Position numbers and translations under genes: made by a program. A DNA stretch of 64,000 bases from Lama guanicoe (Eukaryota). Numbering within the stretch: the stretch's first letter is position 1; each line of letters starts with the position of its first letter. Below, in pieces: positions 1 through 12,406 of this stretch. The notes under the pieces were generated by a model. It was not told the DNA's origin and did no database searches. It was given only the letters and a program-made list of their open reading frames with translations. The stretch spans positions 6,965,824 to 7,029,823 of the forward strand of contig MU054391.1 in NCBI GenBank assembly GCA_013239625.1, read 5' to 3'.

Positions 1-1514
1 TCAGCCCCTGTGAGGTTTTCTCTGGCACCATCTGGCTCCTTCCTCTGCGGGAAGCCCTTTGAGACGTGAGGCTCACTGCAGGAGCTGCCTGCAGAGGGGC
101 GGGCAGGGGGCACTGACCTGGTGGCTTCAAGGTGGCCGTATCACCGTCCCCTCCTGTGTCTCCCCCAGTGGAATGCTGCCCGAAAGCACAGAACAGATGT
201 TCTCTGGGCAGAGTGATCACTCACCAGTCCCTCCTCTGGGAACAGGAGGTGACAGCACATTTATCTGCGAGTGGAGGCTGAATCCTCTGACATTCTTCTT
301 GATTCATCCATCCGACTAGCATTTGGTGAAACACGTCAGACTTCTGAGGGGCAGAGTAAATTCGTTCACCTTCTCCAATTGTGATTGGAGAAGCCACGTG
401 GAGATGCTTAGGGAGGCTGATTTAGCCTCGCAGGACAGCTCGCCAGGCAGGCTTTGGAGCACAACCCAAAGGAAGCCTCGTCAAAGCTCAGTGGTCTGTT
501 ATTTTTAAAGGGTCCCAGCAAATCTGGGCGTTTGAAGTAGAAAAGCGGGGAGGACCTATCTTGCAGGACTGGGTGGATTTCACGTCAACAGCAGGACCAA
601 CATTGGCTGTTTTCAGATTTGGATGTCCCACTGGTGACCCCGAACGAGTCCGGTCCACCATGAACTCATCATCGTCTCCCTGTCCCAGCTTCACCTGAAT
701 GTGCTGATTCCATCCTCCGGAACTTGGGCTTCTTTCCTTCCTCCACCACCCGGTGATCACTGGGTGCTGGAGATTCTCTGTGATCCTCCGTGCTTATGTT
801 CTCTTCTCTCTCTCCCTGTAACTGCTCGGGGGCAGGTCCTCAGTTTCTCTCTTTGGACAGGCCTCTGCTGGCTGATCACATCCCCACTGCTGCATCCACG
901 GTGCTTCCAAAACCCCAGTCTGGTCACATCACTCTTGGGCTTCAAGCCCTGCGGTGCTTTCCCGCTGGGACACAGGGGCGATAAGAACCTCTTCTCCTTA
1001 CCTGACTTCCAGCTGTAATGGGGAGAGGAGCCAGGCAGACGGAGACCAGGGTCCCACCTTTATTTCTGCCAAGGCTGTTGGCCTGTGTGGTTTCAGGGGT
1101 GAGCTAAAAGGCCTGGCTGATTCCCCCTGCTTGCCCAACCCCAGGCTAGACCTTGGGGTGGGGGTGGGGGGTTCATGTAAGGGAAAGCGTCACATCCGTG
1201 GTGTCCAGGGAGCTGCCTCACACCAGGAAGGCAAAGGGGAAAGTCGCCAGTGTGCAGCAAACCACGTGCCTACCGCTTCCCATGGTAGGGGAAGCTCATC
1301 TCTTAGGGGTCAAACTTACAACAGAGAGATTTTGACCCAGTGACTCCTTTAGAATCATTCCATGCAGGTTCCTCCTCCTCCCGCTGCAGGGGAGGCAGAG
1401 TCTCTTGTTTCAAAGGGGGTCGGACAACAGAGGCAGAGTCGGAGACCCTGTTCTTGGAGGAGCTTGGCCAGTAGAATCTGAAAGATCCTCTTGGTGAAGA
1501 TAAGGTTTGAGCCA

Positions 1515-1871
1515 TGGCTGTGGACTGAATTCCTGTGTTCCCCCAAATTCATAGGTTGAAACCTAACCCCCAGCGCGATGGCCTTGTGGAGGGGCCTTTG
1601 GGAGATGATCTGGTCATGAGGTGGAGCTTTCACGAAGGGGATTAGTGCCCTTGCACAGGGGTCTCCAGAGAGCACCCCGTCCCTCCTGCCGTGTGAAGAC
1701 ACAGCGAAGAGACGACCGTCTGCGACTTGAAAGAGGGCTCTCACCAGAGCCCAGCCCTGCTGGCACCCTGACCGTGGACTTCCAGCGTCTAGAACTGAGA
1801 GAAGTACATTTGTTGTTTATAAGCCACCCAGTCTAGGTATCTTGTTATGGGAGCCTGAGGGGCCTGAGACG
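1515..1871 (+). mobile_element. ERVL-MaLR solo LTR (MLT1A-like)
   Basis: Typical MLT1 text: ggactgaat...cccaaattcat...aagccacccagtcta...gttatgg...gagac. Confidence 0.85.
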
Positions 1872-1876
1872 GTCAC

Positions 1877-2238
1877 TGTACTGGCTTCCTTGGGCTGCTG
1901 GCACAGGGTACTGCAAACTGAGTAGCTTAAAACACAGAAACACCGTCTCTGGAAGTCCACGGTCAAGGTGGCTGAGCTCTGTCTGAAGCACTAGGGGAGG
2001 ACCTGTCCCAGGCTCCACCTCGAGCTTAGGGTGACTCCGCGGCTCGTGACAGCAGCCCACGTGTCCCCTTTTATAAGGACACCAGTCATTAGATTAGGGG
2101 CCTCCCCTCCTCCAGGATGACCTCATCTTCACTAATTACGTCTGCAATGACCTTGTTTCCAAATAAGGTCACATTTTGAGGTGTTGGGGGCTAAGACTTC
2201 AACATATGGATTTTAGAAGACACAGTTCAACCCAAACA
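1877..2238 (-). mobile_element. ERVL-MaLR solo LTR (MLT1B/C-like), internally deleted
   Basis: Reverse MLT1 text: ataaggacaccagtcat...ccaaataaggtcacat...cacagttcaacccaaaca. Confidence 0.8.
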
Positions 2239-3346
2239 GTTACCTTCTTGACTTGAAAGGTGCTGAAGACTTTAACAGACAGTGACATAGGAGAAGGGCA
2301 GTCCTGGGTGGCGGGGGGACCACAGGGGCAAGAGCACAGAGGCGGGTGGGCGGCTTCTTCTGGGAAGGCGGTGGACTTGTGCTATTTCTCCCAAGGCAGA
2401 AAACCACCTTGTATTGGATCTGTGGTTCACTTCATCCTGCTGAGAAGCCCATTCCTGGAATAAATCTGGGCACCTTAACTACATAAATCACTTCAGATTT
2501 ATAAGACTTCACCCTTCCTCCCCAGCTGGACCAGAGGACCTCCCCAAGTGACGTCCTCGATCTTATGCATCTGGGCAGTCCAAATGGTTTGGGAACGTGG
2601 TAACTGGATGACCCACTCACTGATAGGAGATGCCTGGCTTCAACTTGGATTTTGCGTTGGTTCTGCAGTTCTGAATTGACTCTCTATTGATCAAACCAAG
2701 AAGATACAATCAAATGCCTATTTTGCTGGAAGCAGATATTTTAGGAGTGATGTCGGCATAGTTGGGAGAGTTTGCCTGAATACAGAGTGAGTTGGTGAGT
2801 GGAGCCCTTCACTCACTGTGGGTTGTGGACAGACAGGGTGAGCCCCCCTCCCCGCCCTCAGAGTGGATGCCTGTGGCCCTGGACATGGCCTTCTTCCATC
2901 CTCCTGGGTTCCTGTGGCCACAGCTTTCCGCTCTTTTCCCAGGACCCTCGGTCTGTCACACGTCAGTCATTCAACCTCATTTTTCCTGCTTTTATTGCCC
3001 TGGTGAATGGATACATCTTAAGGCCGTTCACCAGAACTTCCTCGTGGCAGTTTTCCCTGTGAAATGGGCTTGACTTGGGGCTGAAACAAACCCAGTTCTA
3101 GTGTCGCTCCACAGCTCGGGGGCCCTGGTACATTGCAGAATTTCAGTTCCTCACCTGTAGAATCATCCCCATTGTGGCACTTTGCTCAGGTGGTTCCTCT
3201 CCAACTCCCGGCAGGGGTCCCTCTGTCCTCTTGGGGAGCCCAGGCTGCTGTCACAAGCATCACCAAGGCAACATGAGCTTCGGAACAGCATGGAGCTCTT
3301 TACTAAGACATTGTAAGGAACGGCACCGTGTTCACTTGTCCATTTT

Positions 3347-4168
3347 TATTTGATTTTTTATTGAAGTATAATCAGTTTACAATGTGTCAATTTCTGGTGT
3401 AAAGCATAATGTTTCAGTCATACGTTTACATACCTGTATTCATTTTCATATTCTTTTTCATGATACATGACTACAAGATACTGAATATAGTTCCCTGTGC
3501 TATACAGTATAAACTTGTTATTTATCTATTTTATATATAGTAGTTAATATCTGCTTATCTCGAACTCCCAGTTTATCCCTTCCCACCCCTCTTTACCCCC
3601 TGGTAACCATAAGTTTGTTTCCCATGTCTGTGAGTCCGTTTCTGTTTTGTAAATAAGTTCATCTGTGTCTTTTTTTAGATTCTGCATATGAGTGATACAT
3701 GGCATTTTTTCTTTCTCTTTCTGGCTTAATTCACTCAGAATGACAATCTCCAGCTCTATCTATGTTGCTGCAAATGGCATCGTTTTATTCTTTTTTATAG
3801 CAACTTCTTTATCCAATCATCCATCAGTGGACAATTAGGTTGTTTCCATGTCTTGGCTATTGTAAATAGTGCTGCTGTGAACATTGGGGTGCAGGTGTTT
3901 TTTCACATTAGAGTTCCCTCCAGGTATGTTACTAGGAGTGGGATTCCTGGATCATATGGTAACTCTATTTTTAGTTTTTTGAGGAATCTCCATACTGTTT
4001 TCCGTGACAGCTGCACCAAACTACATTCCCACCAACAGTGTTGGAGGGTTCCCTTTTCTTTACATCTTTTCCAGCATTTATCATTTGTGGACTTTTTAGC
4101 GATGACCATTCTGACTGGTGTGAGGTGATAAACCTCACTGTAGCTTTGATTTGCATTTCTCTGATAAT
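3347..4168 (-). mobile_element. 5'-truncated LINE-1 (ORF2 C-terminus + 3' UTR)
   Basis: Minus-strand peptide YHLTPVRM...CWWECSLVQ...[21 protein letters not shown]-rich tail on the left; 18-bp TSD at 3329-3346 / 4169-4186. Confidence 0.93.
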
Positions 4169-4624
4169 TGTTCACTCATCCATTTTAAAAAGTCTGCTCT
4201 TTCTCCAAGAAATTATCTGATTAACAAAAATATATGCATGAATGATTTTTTTCTGGCATAGGTCATGACTGACGTGCTTCAGTGGATGAGTGGCTTTTCC
4301 AACCCTTCCTTGTTCTGTTTACAAACATTTTCCTACTTGCTTCTCCTTTTGGAAGTCCCCAAAAGGCCATGGCTCCCCCTGAAAACTCTTACAAAATACT
4401 GACCATAGCATTTTACTGGAAACTTTCAGGCATTTGGAAAATAGGCTACTTTAAATGAACTTTCCTTGACATTCCTGTTTTGTGAATTTTATTTCTTTTT
4501 AAAGCTGATGGTGGAGCAGATGTATGGAGTCAAACCATTGGTTCTACTCTCATTTCCTGTGTGGTCCTGTTGTGGCCATGCTCAGTTTCTCTGTTAAAAA
4601 AAAAAAGTTGACAATGATGGAAAA

Positions 4625-5300
4625 AAAAAAACAATATGGAGATTCCTCAAAAGACTAGGAATAGACTTACCATATGACCCAGGAATCCCGCTCCTGGGCA
4701 TATATCCAGAAGGAATCCTACTTCAAAATGACACCTGCACCCCAATGTTTATAGCAGCACTATTTACAATAGCCAAGATATGGAAACAGCCTAAGTGTCC
4801 ATCAACAGATGACTGGATAAAGAAAATGTGGTATATTTATACAATGGAATACTATTCAGCCATAAAAACCAACAACATAACGTCATTTGCAGCAACATGG
4901 ATGCTCCTAGAGAATGTCATTCTAAGTGAAGTAAGCCAGAAAGAGAAAGAAAAATACCATATGAGATCGCTCATGTGTGGACTCTAAAAAAAAAAACAAC
5001 CATAAATACAAATCAGAAACAGACTCATAGACATAGAATACAAACTTGTGGTTGCCAAGGGGGCGGGGTGTGGGAAGGGACAGATTGGTATTTCAAAATG
5101 TAGAATAGATAAACAAGATTATACTGTATAGCACAGGGAAGTATATACAAGATCTTATAGTAGCTCACAGAGAAAAAAATGTGACAATGAATGTATATAT
5201 GTTCATGTATAACTGAAAAATTGTGCTCTTCGCTGGAATTTGACACAACATTGTAAAATGATTATAACTCAATGAAAAATGTTAAAAAAAATTAAAAAAA
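4625..5300 (+). mobile_element. 5'-truncated LINE-1 (ORF2 end + 3' UTR + polyA), inserted in a MIR
   Basis: Peptide [40 protein letters not shown]-rich tail at ~5272-5300; MIR-like halves on both sides. Confidence 0.93.
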
Positions 5301-6673
5301 AGAGCTACCTTACCCACACAGTTATTGAAGACTAAGGTTCTTGGTATGTTGTAAGTTGGTGTAAGTTGGTTTCCTCCCATTACACAGTCCTTGTTCAAAG
5401 GGACCTTCCCGCACACTCATCCTGTTTTATATGTTGGTCTGACTCAAGCAGGGGCAGATGATCCTCTTGTTTTAATGTGCTAATGTAGTCCTAGTTTCTG
5501 TTACATTTAACAACTGGTAGCGAAACACTGAGGAGTGATTACAAGGTGCTGGGAACTTCACAAGACCCAGAGAGTTCCCCTAGGAGTGGTTTTCTTTTTT
5601 TTTTTGTCCACCTCCACCCCCACCCTGTGGGCATTTTACTAGAGAAAGCGAGTTAGTGCTCTTTCTTCAAGAGCGAAGGAGAAAAAGGAACCAGGGACTT
5701 AACAGAATGGTTCGTGCACATTTAATTACTGGCAATAGCTCTCTTTCATCTTCTGCTGTCAGGGGTGGGCCACCTGAGGAGGAGGTGGGGCCTCTTTCCA
5801 TATAGGGGTCTAATGCCAAGGTCACCAGGAGTGGGAGAATCCATTCAGGTGGGAACTTACGACCTCACAATCATTGAAAGTTGGAAATGAACACTTCAAA
5901 AAAAAAAAATTCAGCGTAGGAGAAAGTCACGCTCATTTAAAGGGAAGTTTGGATGGTCCGGGTAACTGACAATATTTTCCTTTCTTTTCAGTAGGAAGAA
6001 GCCTCTGATCTTTCTCTCTGGGGCTCATTTGTGCGTCAGACACTGAATTGAGAGTCAGAAGTCCAGGGTCAGGCGTCAGGCCAGATGAGGTTTGCTCTGA
6101 GCTGCAGTTAAGGCGGGGGGATTGATTAATGCAGATCATCAGATCCAGTCTGGCCTTTATTCGCAGGTATCCTTTATTTCACCAAGGCAAAAACCTTCGG
6201 AAACCATTCACCCTGAACTCAGAGGTGAGCTGAAGCTCTGTCTGGCTTGGTCCCCAGATGTCTGTGTTGAGCAGAACAGCGTCACAATCTCACCTGGCTC
6301 CTCCGGCTGCTGTCCAGTATCCAAAGATAAACAGGTCGAGAGGAAAGGTGGTGAGGCCACAGGCTTGGGAGCATGACTGATTCGCATTCAAGTCCCATCA
6401 CTGCCTCTCACTGGTGTGTGTCCTTAGGCAGGACCCCCGTCTCCCTGGCCCTCACGTTTCCTCTTCTGTGGATTTCCATCCTGAGGGTGCAGGGAAAGGA
6501 TGTGTCACACGCCCAGCAGAAGGGCCTCTGGGGAGGCAGCTCGTGTGCCAGCCTTATCAGGTGGATGATAAATACTTAAAATAGCCACCTCTGCTGGATT
6601 GTAAACTAGCACTTTGATATTTTTGCATTTGCCTTGCAGTATCATGTCCTGTCTGAACATCCTCTCCTCCCCG

Positions 6674-6688
6674 AGGTCAGCATGACCC
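6674..6688. promoter_or_regulatory. Perfect estrogen response element AGGTCAgcaTGACCC (distal enhancer)
   Basis: GGTCA-N3-TGACC palindrome at 6675-6687, with GATA-like motifs (CTTATC, TGATAA) near 6553-6571. Confidence 0.88.
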
Positions 6689-8345
6689 CGTTGTCTGGGA
6701 CAGATTTGGCCTTGGTCTGTTTTGGTCTTATCGTTACTTTTCATACTGTGCTTTCCCACACACATCACACGCCCTCTTGTTGCTGGCTGACCCGGCGCTG
6801 GGCTCTGTGCAGCAGGCAGCTCTGTCCATCCCCTTCCTGATTCTCGATGAGTGGGACCCTGATTTCGTTCAGGCGAGCAAAGTGCCTGGGGAAAAACCCC
6901 ATTCCCCAGGCTCCCCTGGCACCTAGGTGGCCATGAGGCCACGTTCCCGCCAACATTCTATAAGCAGAAATCTCCTGGGTGGGGACTTCTGGGGAAACGG
7001 TTGTTTTCCTGGTACAGGAGCCACCCTCCTTTTAGCTTTTTCTTTCTCCCTCCTTCCAGTCTGGATTGTGGACTACAGTGGCCACTTCCGAGGCAGGAGG
7101 AGCTTCGGTCTTGGATGTCACTGTCCGGAGGCCACCCTGGCTCTGGACTAGCTCCCTGCAGGCCCCTGGCTCCAGGGGAAGAGTGAGTCCCTGTCGGGCT
7201 GTGCTCGGATGTGTGTAACCAGCAGCCAAGTCTGATTATTGGTCTGCAAGGTGCTTCCCTGAGCACACACGGACATGACCCCTCAAATGAAATGTGTTTC
7301 ATTTCACCTTTTAAAAGGGCTCTTGGTCCCATCCTCTTGCTTGTCCCTTGTGTGTCCTTCCAGCAGTATCCCTCCAGAATGACATACTCTGTAGTTTACT
7401 TGGGCCTTTTTCATTAGGCGTTTGGCAAAGACACGGGAGGCTGGGTTCATACAGAAATTCTGCCTCTAGTGATGAGGTGGGGGCACCTGGGGGTACAGCC
7501 ACCTCTCCTAGGTCAGAACTGGTCATCCGGGCCCAGACCAGCCCCACTGGATGAGGCATGAGATGGAGGCCGGGCGCCCAGTCACAACTCTCTGGATTCT
7601 TCCCACCTCTGACTCCATCTTGCTGCTTTTTCCCCCTTCTGCCTCGACTCTCAGTTTCCTTTCTTTCGCTGTGCTCCGAGGTCCTCCTGACCAATCCTGG
7701 GTTGTAAAGCGTCCCACTGCGTGGGGTTAAATGCCTTTCTGAGTGTGGCCTGCCCTGGGCTCCAGAACTGTGACTGCTCTCATGTGATGGGTGGTGCTTC
7801 CAAAGGCTTGTCTTAATGTTGCCTGGAGGGATCAGACACTTGGCAGGATTTTATCAAGACTCACTTTTATAAATGCCAACTTTGTTCTAGGGAAAAAAAG
7901 ATCCACTGAAGTCCGGAGTTCCTGTGGATTAATTACTAGTATAACTCTAGTTTTTTGAATGGTCTTCAGTGTTGTCCTTCACACTTCCTCATCTTTGCCA
8001 CTTTTTTTCCCCCTTTACATCATATGGCATTTTATGAGACCACATGACTCTAAGCTTTCTTCCTTTATGTCACAAGTTCCTTGAATAAGACAGGGAACAT
8101 AATGTAGTGGAAAGATCATAAGTTTTGGATTGCAGTAAACCTGCATTAAAATCTTAGCTTTACTTACTAGCTGTACAATCTTGGTTAATGTCTATGAGTC
8201 TTGATTTTCTCATTCGTAAGGAAAGAATTTAGTGAAGATTGAATAAGATAGTACATGTCGAATACCAATGGCCGTCTTATTCTCTGCAGCTGCCGGCTCA
8301 TTCCTCTCTTATCATGTTCTTGGGAGGCACCACCTTTCAATCTCC

Positions 8346-9090
8346 TTTTTTTTAACACCTTTATTGTGGTATGGTTCCTGCACAGTAAACTACACTTATT
8401 CCGAATGTACAATTTGATGAATTTTGATAGATGTTTACACCAATGAAACCACTACCACAATCAGGAGAGCTAACATTTCCATTACTCCCAACAGGTACAA
8501 TTTTGGAATTCCCAATTTATCCCTACCTACCCCCTTTACCCACCCACTGGTAACCATATGTTTGTTCTCCATGTCTGTGAGTCTGTTTCTGTTTTGTAGA
8601 TAAGTTCATTTGTGTCTTTTTTTTTAGATTCCACTTGTAAGTGATATCATTTGGCATTTTTCTTTCTCTTTCTGTCTTACTTCACGTAGAATGGTGATCT
8701 CCGGGTCCACCTACATCGCTGCAAATGGCATTATTTTATTCTTTTTTATGACTGAGTAGTATTCCATTGTATAAATATATATACACAGCTGCTTTATCTA
8801 GTCATCGGTTGATGGACATCTGGGCTGTTTCCATGTCTTGGCTATTGTAAATGCTACTGCTATGAACACTGGGGTGCATGTGTCTTTTTGAATTATATTC
8901 TTCTCTGGATATATGCCCAGGAATGGGATTGCTGGATTATACGGTAGGTCTGTTTTTAGTTTTTTAAGGAACCTCCATACTGTCCTCCACGGTGGCTGCA
9001 CCAATTTACATTCCCACCAACAGTGTAGGAGGGTTCCTTTTTCTCCACACACTTTCCAGCATTTATGTTTGTAGACTTTTTAACGATGAC
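8346..9090 (-). mobile_element. Composite LINE-1 fragment (old L1M-type 3' end joined to a younger L1 segment)
   Basis: Minus-strand peptide [34 protein letters not shown]; 8346-8495 resembles a different, older L1 terminus. Confidence 0.85.
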
Positions 9091-11546
9091 CTTTTCAATC
9101 CTTTTAACTGATACTCTTAGTAATTCTCTTGACATTTTTAAAGAACATACTTTGCTGCTTCTTGATTTTTTTAATTTCAGATAATATTTATTAACCTCCC
9201 GATGTGGAAGATAAGGCCTTTGTCCTCCTCACATAAGCCCCATTTTCCCCACACAGTCCTGCCCTCTGTCCTCCCAGTATAGCTATTTATAGTGTTTGAC
9301 AGCTCAGCCCAATGTTTGCATGAACATGGCCATGTCAACAGTTTGCCAGCTGAACCAGGTGTGTACCATTAGTTTTTTCTTTTTCCTGCATAGCTTTTGT
9401 TTTCCCTAAAATTAGTCACTGCTTATTTTTTGATAGGTATTTATCACTGTTTATCTGGTGATCAGCACAAAAGGGGGAAGCAATAAGAGCTGGAAGGCAT
9501 ATTATGAGAAGAGACATGCCAGTCCTTCAGGGGAAAGGACTCCCTCCATTGCCCCCTACCCCCACATATTAAATTCTTAAATTAATTTCTATTGTAGGAC
9601 CTCATATAAATGATACTGTGACACAGTGGACTTCATGTGTTAGCCAATGCCAAAGCCAGTTCCATATGGCCGTTTTCCATGATGGTGTTGAAAAATAGCC
9701 AAACTTACAACATTACAGTGCAGCTCTGGGAACGTGGCTCCATGAGGGACCAAGTTAATGGGGTTGAAAATGTCTTGTGGTGAAACTTGATCCAGGAATA
9801 AACTTGGGTACCTGGTGGATTGGATGGACGGCATGTCTCCTGCACTGTCTTTTCTGCTGCAATATCTCTAAATAGCAAGACTACAAGCAGGCATTCATTC
9901 CATTAGGGAGACAGCCAGGCACGGGCTGGGCTCAACAAAACAGATGTGGTCTTTGCCCTCCTAGAGTTCATTGTCTTGTGGGAAGACAGACCCTGCAGTG
10001 GAAGTTGCTGGTGTGATGAATGTTGTGAGAGACAAAGGCAGGATCTGTCACCTAGCCCCAGTTCTATCAGTAGTGGAACAAAGTCTGCCACCTTGATTGT
10101 TTTGCTGATAAGGATTCCCCAAATCCCTTGATTTCCCTTTCCTTTAACTTTTTTTTGAAGGCTTATCTCCTTTCTGCATTGACACTAACATAGCTGTTGG
10201 GTAGAGCAAGCCCACAGAATCTCAGAATCAGTCTTTCTAAGGCTATAAAATCAACCCCCCGTCAAATAAGAATCTTGCTTAGGGAAACAGTGTGGCAGAG
10301 ATTGGGTTGGACACTCCTGTCCCTGGCTGTCCACACAGGAAAAGGACTTTGAATTCATGAGCTTGCAGCTGCATCTGAGAATTAGGTCACAAAAATCCAG
10401 GGGTCCCTATTCTAGTAGCAAGAAGAATGAAGACTCTTCAGGGTTGGGGAGACATGACTTTACATCTACTCCCAGTTCACCTTTACATCAAAGTTCATGA
10501 GTGGCAGAAATCTCTTTCAAATTCATCCATCAAAGGCAAGAATTTATAAGGTACAAACACTTTAGATGAAAGTTAACAGAATTATTTGAGTAAGTATTCT
10601 ATTCCTTGTTTTTAAAGTCATATAAGTTTCTTATTATAAGCCAGAGGGTTGGACCAGGTGATGGTTTTTAAGTCCCCTCCAACTGTAAAACCTATAAGCA
10701 TAGAATATTTAATAAAGCCCTTTGTCAAGAAATGCTCTGTCTGTAAGCATTAAAAGGCACTAAGTCTGTATTTCCTGGGAGAAATCCTTAGTACCAATAC
10801 TCACATAAAATGATACAAGTTTGCCAAATTTCACTTTTTTCTTTGCTACCTGTAGATATTTATTCTAAAAGAATGATCAGGTAGCCTTTTTTAGATCAGA
10901 AGCTACTCATTCAGTAATTAGATTGGATGAAGAATTAGACCTTGGCAATTTTTTTCAACTGGCTTGGACAATTCTGAACATGATTAAAATGTGACTTTGG
11001 TCGCCAGAGTACAGAATTGTATTGCACTATGGTTATTACCTTCAAAATTAACCAGAAGGCTCTAATTATTTTTATTTCCTCCCAGTTTATATATTTGTTT
11101 TGCACAATGACTTTGAAAGTTTCCACTTGCCAGGATTCAGAGGATCTTCCTCATTTGAAAATAATGGGAAGAAATTCTAAAAGTATTGAAAATAATGAAA
11201 TGGCCAAATCTGTATTAAATCTGTGAAGATGGAAGAGTTCTCTTACCTTCACCAGTGAAAATAGATCCCATAACAGTAAATAGAGAAACCAGAATACATT
11301 GTAGGGCAGGGACTGAAACTATAAAGTAAAAGTGAAATAGTAATATCTGTAGAAGTTTTGTTTGTTTTTTGGTTTTTTAGTTTGGTGAGATAAACTGAAG
11401 GGGTAGTTTACCCTGTGAGTGTTGTCATGTCAGCTGAAATACACAAGTAGCTGTTGAGCTGGGGCTATGGGCTGCTGAAGAGTTGATGTAGCCAGGACCA
11501 CTCATTGGTGGAGGTCAGATGACTGGCCCCCTGGGGAGTGGCAGTC

Positions 11547-11560
11547 AGGTCAGGCTGACT
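11547..11560. promoter_or_regulatory. Imperfect ERE AGGTCAggcTGACT
   Basis: One mismatch from the core consensus; a further AGGTCA half-site lies at ~11512. Confidence 0.4.
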
Positions 11561-12391
11561 CCAGCACACAGATCCTGTCATCTTTTCCATATCATATTAT
11601 CTCGAAATGAACTCAAGCTTGATGGAATTTCATGAGTGTAATCCACGCCACCCGCCACCCCTAGTTGTTTACACAAATCACGTGTGACCATTTGTAAAAA
11701 ATTTAGAAAATACAGAAAATTAGGAAGAAGAAAAACATTTCTCCATAGTTTCATTTCCCCAAACATCCAAGGCTAACATTTTAGTGTATTTCCTTCCAGT
11801 CTTTTTTCTATGCATTGGGGAAAAAAAAAAACCAACATTACAACTGTAGCAGGTGCTAAGGATGTAATGTAACTTTCTAGCCTTATGTGTACCTCTCTGC
11901 TTTCTATCATTATTTCATGCTTTTTGTCATTTAAATATGTCATATTAAACTTATGTAGAAACTATCTTGCTAATGAGTCAACATTAGCCAGAATAAAGTG
12001 GGAAATGTTCATTTATTGCTGGAGAGGTTAGAAACCATCCGATATCTGGGGCATGAAGTCTCTTTTTTTCTTGCTGCTTACAGGAGCACTTTATCAGTAA
12101 GTACTCTCATGGTTGTTATTTTGTGCTAGGAGCTTGGGAACCAGAAGGGCAGGGGAGGTTTTTTAGCAGCCCCTGTCTGAAGCCTCTGAGAAAATTATGC
12201 TTGTGTCTAGTAAAGTGAAAGATGGAGCGTTAATGGCTGCTGTGATGGAGGCTTGCTTCTGAAGGGCAGAGCTGATAACGTCCTGACTCCGAGCAAAAGT
12301 CACAAAGGAGCTATCTTTCCCTAAGCCTTTAGTTTTTGTTTTAAGGCTCAACACAAACTTTAGCAGCGGAAAAAAAAAAAGTGCAGTAACT

Positions 12392-12406
12392 GGGTCATTC
12401 TGACCT
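12392..12406. promoter_or_regulatory. Perfect estrogen response element GGGTCAttcTGACCT (proximal enhancer)
   Basis: GGTCA-N3-TGACC at 12393-12405; TGATAA at 12273; about 1.7 kb upstream of the GC-box/CCAAT cluster. Confidence 0.9.

Noticed and set aside
190..203. AGAACAgaTGTTCT steroid-receptor palindrome
   Set aside because: Spacer is 2 nt; GR/AR/PR elements need 3.
4745..4987. 80-aa protein-like ORF (also 3903-4175 and 8798-9052)
   Set aside because: C-terminal fragments of L1 ORF2 in truncated retrotransposons, not host genes.
7510..7525. DR4-like AGGTCAgaacTGGTCA
   Set aside because: One mismatch and isolated; compatible with chance in 64 kb.
9640..9834. Possible pseudogene (GTGFGIG) or ancient RTE-type LINE remnant
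   Set aside because: Similarity is limited to a few residues and cannot be supported without an HMM/Dfam search.
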